A stretch of 64,000 nt of DNA, from assembly GCA_049967475.1 (NCBI GenBank), contig JBMFSQ010000012.1:30883-94882 (forward strand), read 5' to 3'. The notes beneath the pieces were generated by a model. That model made no database searches. It saw nothing but the letters and a program-made list of their open reading frames with translations, and was not told the DNA's origin. Below are positions 30,696 through 38,609 of this stretch, piece by piece. Each line of letters starts with the position of its first letter. Positions within the stretch are counted from its first letter, which is position 1. Source of the DNA: Chthonomonadales bacterium (GTDB taxonomy: Bacteria; Armatimonadota; Chthonomonadetes; Chthonomonadales; CAJBBX01). A program made the translations under genes and the position numbers.

Positions 30696-33377
30696 ATGGT
30701 GACAATCCTTTGGGCGGCAGTTCTTTTGGGCGCCACGGCAGGGCAAGGCCAATCGCCCCTTATAGAGTGGCGGTTTGATCGCCCGGCGGCATCTCATGCA
30801 TGGCTGGCCAACCGCGACGTAGCGGACGTTCGGTGGGATCGTAGCGGGCTCCGGTTCCGAGGGGCGGGACCCGATCCGATTTTGGAATGCGTGGAACCCT
30901 TCGAGATCAGCGCCACACCGTGGCAGGCCATCGAGATCACTCTGGCCGCGGACCACGATGGCACGGCAGAGTTCTTCTGGAGCAACACCACGCAATCCAA
31001 ATACGGGGGCTTCTTTCCGGAGAAGCACACCTCGTTCGCCGTGCGCGGCGATGGAACGCTCAGAACGTACCGCATCTTTCCATTCTGGCAAAAGGAGGGG
31101 CGCATCATCCGCCTGCGCTTCGATCCCTATGATGGCGCTTCGTTCCTGCTGCGCTCCATTCGGATCGTGCCTGTACCCACTATGCGGCCTTCCGGGCCAT
31201 CCCAAGTAGTGCCTATCTTCGGCGTGTCCGCAAAAGGCAACCTACTGACGCTTGAACAGCCGGGCGGCTTCGCAATGAGACCCTCGGAAATAGACGGGGA
31301 AACCTACACCATCGTATCGCTCACGGCGGCTTCGCATGGTTCACGGGCGGCCGTCGTTTTTGCCGCTCAAACGGGTTACGGCCTCCATGAGGTCCCCGTG
31401 CACCTCGTCCCCGACGGCCGCTGGCATGTGTACAATGTGGATATGCTCGCCAGTCCGGACTGGCAGGGGCACATCGTGGCACTGGGCATCCGGCCGGGAG
31501 AAAATGCAGGAGATGCATGCCGCGTCCGCTCCATAGGGGCGTATACCAAACCGATCGGCCCGCCTGATGTACGCACGACGTGGTTTGGAACGGAAGAAGC
31601 GCTACCCCGGGCCGGGCTACCGGTGACCGTGTTGATGCGTGCCATCAACCAGGGTGGGGCAGCGGCGGGTCCGCTCCGGCCGCATCTCGTTCTGCCGTCC
31701 GGCGCCATCATTCTCGACGGCCCGCGCAATGCACCGACGCTGCGTTTCGGCGAGGAAGCGCAATGGCGCTGGCGGGTGCGGTTCCGCCACCCCGGCCGAT
31801 ACACGCTCACGGCCCAATTACCGTCAGGCAGCAGATCCTCATGCACCATTTCGGTGACGCAGCGGGTGCGCTTCCCTGGCAACGCTCTGCCCGATCCCCA
31901 TCCCATTCATGGGAAATACGAGGTGGGAGTGTATTACTTCCCGGGTTGGAAGACTGCCTCGCAGTGGGCGCCCATTCAACGCTATCCTGAGCGACGGCCC
32001 ATTCTAGGCTGGTACCGCGAGGGCGATCCCAAAGTAGCAGACTGGCAGATCAGGTGGGCCGTGGAGCACGGCATCACCTTCTTTGCCTATGACTGGTATT
32101 GGTCCCAGGGATCGCGCCAGCTCGAACATGCCCTGGATGATGGCTTCCTGAAGTCCAAATATCGGCATCTGATGAAGTTCTGTTTGTTGTGGGCCAACCA
32201 TAACGCCCCACACACATCCTCCATCGAGGATTGCCGGGCCGCTGCCCGGTATTGGATCCAACACTACTTCCGCCAGCCCGAGTACCTGCGCATCTCGGGC
32301 AGACCCGTAGTGATTATCTTTAGCCCCTATCGCTTTCGTGAAGACCTAGGCAGCGAGGGTGTCCGTAAAGCTCTGGATGCGATGCGTGCAGAGTGCGTAA
32401 GCGCAGGAATCAAGCCGGTCTACCTGATGGCATGTGTGGGAGGACCCGGCGACGGGGGTGAAGCCGCCAACGAAGGATACGACGCCGTTACCGCCTACAA
32501 TTGGCCCGGATTGGCCATGCCCCCGGGTACTCTTCGTGCCCCGTTCCGGACGCTCATCGAAGGATACGTCCGCAACTGGCAGAGCCTCGTCGAGCAAGTC
32601 CCGATACCCCTTATGGTGCCGATTTCCGGCGGATGGGACAGCCGCCCGTGGCACGGAGATGCGGACTTGGTACGTACGGGCCGCACGCCCGCACTCTTTA
32701 GGCGCCACTTGGCGGACGCGAAGACGTTCATGCAGAGCCATCCCGCAAAGACGCTCCCTCTGGCGATTGTGGAAGCATGGAATGAATTCGGAGAAGGTTC
32801 GTACATCGAACCGCATCAGGAGGCCGGCTTCGCATACCTGGATGCCATCCGCAGTGTGTTTGGAGGAACGAAAGGCCAAGCGCCTCACGTGGATGTAACG
32901 CCGGAAGACGTGAACCAAGAGATCCCGCAGGTCACGCCCGAGCCTCTGGGGCGGGATCGCTGGACCTTCGCAAAAGACCTGGAAGGTTGGGAATCCGGAA
33001 TGGAGATCCAGGGCCCAGTACAGAGTGCCAACGGTCTGTCGGCCGTAACCGCCGGCGATGATCCGGCATTTTTCGGCCCTCCAATCCAGCTCAACGCGTC
33101 GGAGTACAGCCGGGTGCGCATCCGGATGCGGCTTACGCCGGTCGGCGGGCAACCGTTTGACGATGAAGGCCAGTTGTTCTGGACCACACGAACCACACCG
33201 GAAAGTGAGGCGAACAGCGTCCGCTTCCCCGTCTTTGGTGACGGGACATGGCATGATTACCAGGTTCCGCTTTCCCAGAACAGGCGGTGGCGCACCGTGA
33301 TTACGCGTTTACGCCTGGACCCTTGCAACCGCTCCGGTGTGCGCGTTGAAGTGCGTTCCATCGAGCTCGAGCGCTGA
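30696..33377 (+). CDS. Secreted WbsX/GH99-like glycoside hydrolase with three repeated accessory domains
   Basis: RBS GGAGG; signal peptide; VGVYYFPGW, RPILGWY, FCLLWANH, AWNEFGEGSYIEP. Confidence 0.75.
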   Translation: MVTILWAAVLLGATAGQGQSPLIEWRFDRPAASHAWLANRDVADVRWDRSGLRFRGAGPDPILECVEPFEISATPWQAIEITLAADHDGTAEFFWSNTTQSKYGGFFPEKHTSFAVRGDGTLRTYRIFPFWQKEGRIIRLRFDPYDGASFLLRSIRIVPVPTMRPSGPSQVVPIFGVSAKGNLLTLEQPGGFAMRPSEIDGETYTIVSLTAASHGSRAAVVFAAQTGYGLHEVPVHLVPDGRWHVYNVDMLASPDWQGHIVALGIRPGENAGDACRVRSIGAYTKPIGPPDVRTTWFGTEEALPRAGLPVTVLMRAINQGGAAAGPLRPHLVLPSGAIILDGPRNAPTLRFGEEAQWRWRVRFRHPGRYTLTAQLPSGSRSSCTISVTQRVRFPGNALPDPHPIHGKYEVGVYYFPGWKTASQWAPIQRYPERRPILGWYREGDPKVADWQIRWAVEHGITFFAYDWYWSQGSRQLEHALDDGFLKSKYRHLMKFCLLWANHNAPHTSSIEDCRAAARYWIQHYFRQPEYLRISGRPVVIIFSPYRFREDLGSEGVRKALDAMRAECVSAGIKPVYLMACVGGPGDGGEAANEGYDAVTAYNWPGLAMPPGTLRAPFRTLIEGYVRNWQSLVEQVPIPLMVPISGGWDSRPWHGDADLVRTGRTPALFRRHLADAKTFMQSHPAKTLPLAIVEAWNEFGEGSYIEPHQEAGFAYLDAIRSVFGGTKGQAPHVDVTPEDVNQEIPQVTPEPLGRDRWTFAKDLEGWESGMEIQGPVQSANGLSAVTAGDDPAFFGPPIQLNASEYSRVRIRMRLTPVGGQPFDDEGQLFWTTRTTPESEANSVRFPVFGDGTWHDYQVPLSQNRRWRTVITRLRLDPCNRSGVRVEVRSIELER

Positions 33378-33623
33378 TCGCAGTACCGCCAGAGAATTTG
33401 GGGAAAGCGACATGGTGATTGCACGGCTCCCGGCGTGATGAGAACGGATCATCATGGACGTTCCTCGAGGGCGCCGAGCCTGATCATTCCCTAGGGCCGG
33501 TTCGCCGTCGTGCGGCGGCGAGGCGGTAACGGTTCGCATTCCTAGACAGGCGGGCAGGGGAGGCAGTTCGGCTTCGGCTCATGGGACCGCGGTGAAGGGT
33601 GTCCCCCGTGCCGCAGGACACGC

Positions 33624-33664
33624 AAAAAAGGGGGAGGGGACCGCATCGCCGAAGGCCCCTCCCG
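33624..33664 (-). terminator. Intrinsic terminator closing the cytochrome/porin operon
   Basis: Minus strand GGGAGGGGCC...GGTCCCCTCCC followed by CC and T6. Confidence 0.75.
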
Positions 33665-33701
33665 AGTTGGTCGTGGCTAACCCTGATCAGTTTTCCAGCA
33701 T

Positions 33702-35223
33702 CTAGACGCCGTGGCCGGCAGAGAGTTCGGCCCGGTAGCTGCGGCGCAGATACTCCTGAAGTGTCGCCTTCACATAGGCCGGTACTGTTTTGCCGTTGTA
33801 CGACACTGCAGCAGCCCTGCTCACTCCCAATTGATCCAGGTTCTGGTTGGCTACATCGAGCAAGAGGCGCGCGTATACCGGATTGTGCACGCCCAAGCTT
33901 AGGTCTCGCAGCACGAAGTAGTAGTTGTGACGAGCCCTCTTGATTTGGATGGGCACTTGGGACTGGGGCGGAGGCGTCTTTCCAGCGGGAACCAGCGTAG
34001 TATAGTCCCACAGATCCGGATCTCCGAACGTAGCCTTCGACCATGCCTGCATCCGCGCGACGAGGTTGTACAGGCGCAACTGGATTTCTCCCTGAACCGC
34101 CAGCCGCGCTTGAGCATCGCCCGGCGTATGGCAGGGCTGGCAACTGATATCCAGGCTGACCGTGAAGGAGTGGCGGGCGTTGGGCATGTGGCATCCTACG
34201 CACTGCCCCGGGCGGGATGCATGGGCCATGGTGGTGGGAACGCCGCCCGATCCCGTGACGCCGCCGATCCCCATGAGCATGTAGAACTGCGGGTTCTCAT
34301 GGAAGTTGGGGCGTGACGTGCCGCTGTTGAGGGCTGCGTCCGACGGGTCGCCTGTAGAGGTTGCTCCTCCCATATGGCAGTTGGCGCAGATCTGGTTGTA
34401 GGTGGAAATGATCTTCACGGGGGTGCCCGGTTGTCCCACTACCGACACGTCCGAATTCTCGATGGAGCGCAAAAGCTGAACCTGCATACCCGCCATATCA
34501 AGGTTAGGCGTGGTGCGCATGGGATCATGGCAGTTGACGCATGAGGGAGCCTCAGTGGTGGCGTTCACATAGCTCACGATCTGGTCGTTGGTAAGCGCCG
34601 CAATATTTGCGTCAATGTCATCTGCCCGCTGATATGCCGGAACAGCGTTGTCGGCCGTGTTCTCAATGAGATCGGCACGAAATGGCCCGCTGTGGCACCG
34701 GAGACACGTCTTGCCGTAGAAGCCAGGGTTCACCTTCGCCTCGGCAAGAACGTCTGCCACGGGCTTGGCGTGGGCCGACACATCGAAGTCGCTCTTCTGG
34801 CCTGTATGGCATTGCCCGCAAACGATGGAATTGGCAATGGTAGGCATCGTGAGGATGTTATCGGCCGAGGGCGAAGCTACGTGGATACTGGCGGGACCGT
34901 GGCACTGTTCGCATCCGATGGACACCTGAGCGTGCTTGGTCTTCGCAAATTCGGCAAAGTCAATCGTCACAGCGCCTCCAGCCTGCCGGCTTGCCGCCTT
35001 GCCGGATGCAGAGTGACAGTTTGCGCAGGAACTCGATCCCACGTAGGTTGCCCCCCTGTTGGGCGGGCGGCAAAAGTTGGAGAAACTGCTGACTCACCGA
35101 TGGTGGCGGCTGATTGGTAGGGGGTTTGAGGGGTCCTCCGCCACCCCCGCAACCCATTAGGATGAGGGTGGCGGTGAGTGCGGTGGCACCGCTTACAGTG
35201 GCAACGAGTGTTTTACTTCGCAT
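33702..35223 (-). pseudogene. Octaheme c-type cytochrome lipoprotein, split by one extra base in a G6 run (35051-35056)
   Basis: The N-terminal ORF has lipobox LILMGC; deleting one G fuses it as ...PPAQQGATYVGSSSCANCH...; 8 CxxCH motifs; C-terminal GVHNPVYA helix resembling NrfA/c552. Confidence 0.85.
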
Positions 35224-35350
35224 CGTGTCGCCCTCCTTTTGGGCAACCCTTAGGTGTTAGGATGGATCTCATCGGTGTGCCGAAACTACCGATGGCCCCG
35301 TAGGGTTGATGATGTTTTGTGAATACCGACGAAGCTGACCTGGCCATACC

Positions 35351-37009
35351 TCAGAACCTTCCGTCCGCGGTAAGCATTACGTCCGTGGTGTTGTAGTTCA
35401 TCAGGCTGTCCACCCGGTCCCGATACCTCCAGGGCGACAGCACCAATCCAAGGCCGAAACCTGAACGAAGTTGGTGGCGCAGGCTGAGGGTGAAGTATTC
35501 GCCGCGGGTGTTCCCGTTGCGCAACAGAAGGGGATTGTCATTCGTTGTTGCGACGTCGGACAGGCTCATGTAGAGAGAGGTTCGCGGATCTATCTGCCAA
35601 CTCGCGCCAACGGAGGCTTCTCGGTCATTGGGCGCGAACCTTCCAATGGTGGGGAAATCGGTCACGTCATTCTTCGCGTTCCAGCCCTCGAAGGCGTACT
35701 CCGTGAATGCGCTGAAGTTCCGGGTTATCTGCCAGTTGCCCCCAATTGTGAGGGACGCGATGCTCACGAACGCCGACCGGTCCGAGTTGTCCAGGCGTTC
35801 CCACGCGCCCACCACATACCCATTCGCCAATCCCGTACCTGTCTCGATCTTGGCCTGGGCGTAACTGCGCTGCTTCCAGAAGAGGGATCGGGCATCTTGG
35901 GTTGTCATCACCGGCGGGTTCGCGAGCGTCTGCACGTATCCCCACAGTGTGAGGCGCGTTTGCCGGCTCAGACGCCCATACAGGCGCCCGTCGAACGTGG
36001 TCCATCTCGGAACATCCACATACGTTTGATCGGCGCGCACCCGTTGCGCTTCCCGTTCCCGGATGCTGAGACTAAGAGACCATCCGGGCCAATGGTGCAC
36101 GAGGCGCCCGCCCCCGCCCCGCTGCTTGCGGTCATAGGCGTTCTGAACCACAGGCAGGTGGAGCGTCTGGTTGAAGTAATCCAAATCCAGGTCGGTGTTT
36201 GGCCCCAGGGCGAAGGAGCTGTCGAAGGAAACTTGCTCCACGCGACTGGAAGGGGCGCCGGTTTGTTCAATGTTGTGCCGAACAAAATCGGCTCCGACCG
36301 CCACAGAGTTGGAGGGTTCCCATAGGTAAGAAGCCTGCCACCGCTTGAGCGTCATGTCTGGGCGGATGCCCGTGCGGTCGAAATACCGCCAGTCGGTGAA
36401 GCTCAATCCGATGAAGCCCGGACCCAGCTTGCCTTCAATGTTCATGTTGGAGAAGCGGGTGCGTTGATGGAGGGGAAGGGAAGGCGGTTCGTAATAGCTG
36501 TTTTGCTGGTCCATGCTGTACTGAAGGCCAAGGGCGAGGTTCGGAGTGATCTTCTGCTTGATCGCGACGTCCTGGAGTTCCCGATCGTTATTGGGCAGCG
36601 CAATGGGCGTCGGTTCGTAGAAGTGCGCCTGGTTGAGGACCAGGTCGAGGCTCGTAGCGCCGTGGAAGAAGGTGAACCTTGCCTGGTTGTGGAAGTCGTC
36701 TCCTCCCAATCCCCGTAGGACGAGCCGGCCGTAATTTGCGGGATCGCCGTTCCAAGGCACATACCTTAGCTCGCTGAGGAAGAAGCCCCGCGGCGGTGTA
36801 GCATATTGGAGGAACTTGGAACTGCCGCCGCGCAAATCCCAATCCGCCCAACCTACGCCAAGCGTCAGCGGCTGATAGGCGGGCTTCTTCGCGGCGGCCC
36901 CGTCCGCACCGGATCCGGACTGAGCCTGATCCTGCGCGCTCACAGGCCCTGCCCAAGCCGCCATAAGGGCAACAGCAACGACAATCTGCAGCAGCCCAGC
37001 GTGTTTCAT
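35351..37009 (-). CDS. Outer-membrane beta-barrel porin, MtrB/PioB-like
   Basis: Signal peptide, alternating amphipathic beta strands, C-terminal Phe (ADGRF), SKFLQY near the N-terminus; lies between two multiheme cytochrome genes; RBS GGAGG. Confidence 0.75.
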   Translation of the reverse strand: MKHAGLLQIVVAVALMAAWAGPVSAQDQAQSGSGADGAAAKKPAYQPLTLGVGWADWDLRGGSSKFLQYATPPRGFFLSELRYVPWNGDPANYGRLVLRGLGGDDFHNQARFTFFHGATSLDLVLNQAHFYEPTPIALPNNDRELQDVAIKQKITPNLALGLQYSMDQQNSYYEPPSLPLHQRTRFSNMNIEGKLGPGFIGLSFTDWRYFDRTGIRPDMTLKRWQASYLWEPSNSVAVGADFVRHNIEQTGAPSSRVEQVSFDSSFALGPNTDLDLDYFNQTLHLPVVQNAYDRKQRGGGGRLVHHWPGWSLSLSIREREAQRVRADQTYVDVPRWTTFDGRLYGRLSRQTRLTLWGYVQTLANPPVMTTQDARSLFWKQRSYAQAKIETGTGLANGYVVGAWERLDNSDRSAFVSIASLTIGGNWQITRNFSAFTEYAFEGWNAKNDVTDFPTIGRFAPNDREASVGASWQIDPRTSLYMSLSDVATTNDNPLLLRNGNTRGEYFTLSLRHQLRSGFGLGLVLSPWRYRDRVDSLMNYNTTDVMLTADGRF

Positions 37010-37034
37010 CTCTATTGTCCTCCCGCTCATTCCT

Positions 37035-38060
37035 CTACCGGCTGAGGAGGTTTGGATCGGTGTTGGACCCGTGGGGCGCCACGTGGCACGGCCCCTGCCA
37101 ACATGTTTGACCCGGATTGTGGTTCACCAGCTTTTCGGTGTGGCACTGGGCGCACAGCCCGCGAGAGAAGAGTTTGAGCAACCGAGGGTTGGGAGAACCG
37201 TGCGGCCGATGACACTCCACACAGCCTTCCCCCGTCCAGCCCGCCACAGGATCATGTTCATACACGAAGGGCCCCGCCGCATCAGCGTGGCAGGTGACGC
37301 AAGCGCTCCGGCCCGGTTTGATCTTTTTCAGAGAAGCCTGGGTGGGGTGCGGATCATGGCAGTCGCTGCACACCATGCGCCCTTCTGGGACCGGATGATG
37401 GAAATTCTGGCGGAACTCTCCAATCACACGCGGATGGCAGGTACCGCAGAGTGCCGGTTCGTCGGCCTTTAGCAAGCGTTTGGCCTCGGGCCGAGCAACA
37501 TACGTGTCCTGCACCAGGGTGTTGGCGCTCGTGATGGGAGCCGGAGCGGCCGGTTTGCGGTTGATGGCAGGATTGTGAATGGAGTGGCATGCCGTGCACC
37601 CCAGGCCGGCGCGAGCGTGTTCTGTGCGCCGCCAGTGGGCCTCCGACATTACGTCCCGATGGCATCTTAGACAAGCCTCGGATTGATCTTTGCCCGAGGC
37701 TTTGGTGTAGCCGAAGATGTAATTGGGGATCTGGGCCTCGTCATCCATATGCTCCATGTGCGGCTTGCCGGGCCCGTGGCACGCTTCGCAGCCCTGTTGC
37801 GATGCAGGAGCATGGGGATTCCGTACAAAGGAGACATGGGGCGACTTGTTGAAACTTGCAGTCTATTCCGGATGGCAATCTACGCAGGCCTTCTCGCCCA
37901 CATAATCCTCCGGTTTCGCTTGCTTGAAAATACTCATGCGGCTTGCGGGTCTCTTCGCCGAGGCCGGCTTCTCCTGAGATTGAAGAGGAAGTATGCCGGC
38001 AATCAACAGGGCCATGCCGCCAGCAATCGCTGTGACCGTCCATGCATGCACGTGTCTCAT
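37035..38060 (-). pseudogene. DmsE/MtrA-family periplasmic decaheme cytochrome c with in-frame TAG at codon 66 (37863-37865)
   Basis: One frame reads YVGEKACVDCHPE*TASFNKSPH...GCEACHGPG and joins the 37757 ORF; 9 CxxCH plus terminal CWQGPCH; GPFVYEH, HGS and final HGSN are typical of DmsE/MtrA. Confidence 0.9.
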
Positions 38061-38609
38061 TTGTTCACCGCTCACTTTCAGAGCTGGCCATCGCGGATCC
38101 GAACGATTTAGGAACTAGTTCCCTCGGCCCACCGGTGGACCGGGCACCCAACGCAAGGGGCTTCTTCGGTGTTTAAGCCTGGTGCTCATGTGTTCCTGCC
38201 TGCCCTTGCCATAAGTCTTCGATCCCGGGATCCCTGCATTGGTGCGCCAGGCTCATTCGTTCGGAATATCACGATCTGGCGCCGCGCTGCGGACCAGTGT
38301 CAGACCCCGGCAACGGCTACATAATCGTACAGAGGCAGGCAGCCACGCAATAGAAAGATAGTCATATAGGCTCCATCCAAAGTACTAATCCGTGCATTCG
38401 TTCACAACCGCGGTTTGCAGAAGTCAATCCAGGGTCCTGCGCGCACCCATACGTCCTGACCGCCAGGTAACAGCAAGTGCGTTTCGGGTCTGTTAAACCA
38501 CCTGCGAGCTCGTTCGCGTGTCCATCCTTGCCGCAAAGAGGAAGCCGGGGCAGCCGCCGCGTAATCACCGAAGAGACCCTTGCGGTCCGGGGGCGGGAGG
38601 GGAGCCGGA

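Noticed and set aside
37741..38043. 100-aa Cys-containing ORF overlapping the decaheme 5' end, suggesting a frameshift
   Set aside because: Wrong frame and no CxxCH; the real gene continues in frame through the TAG
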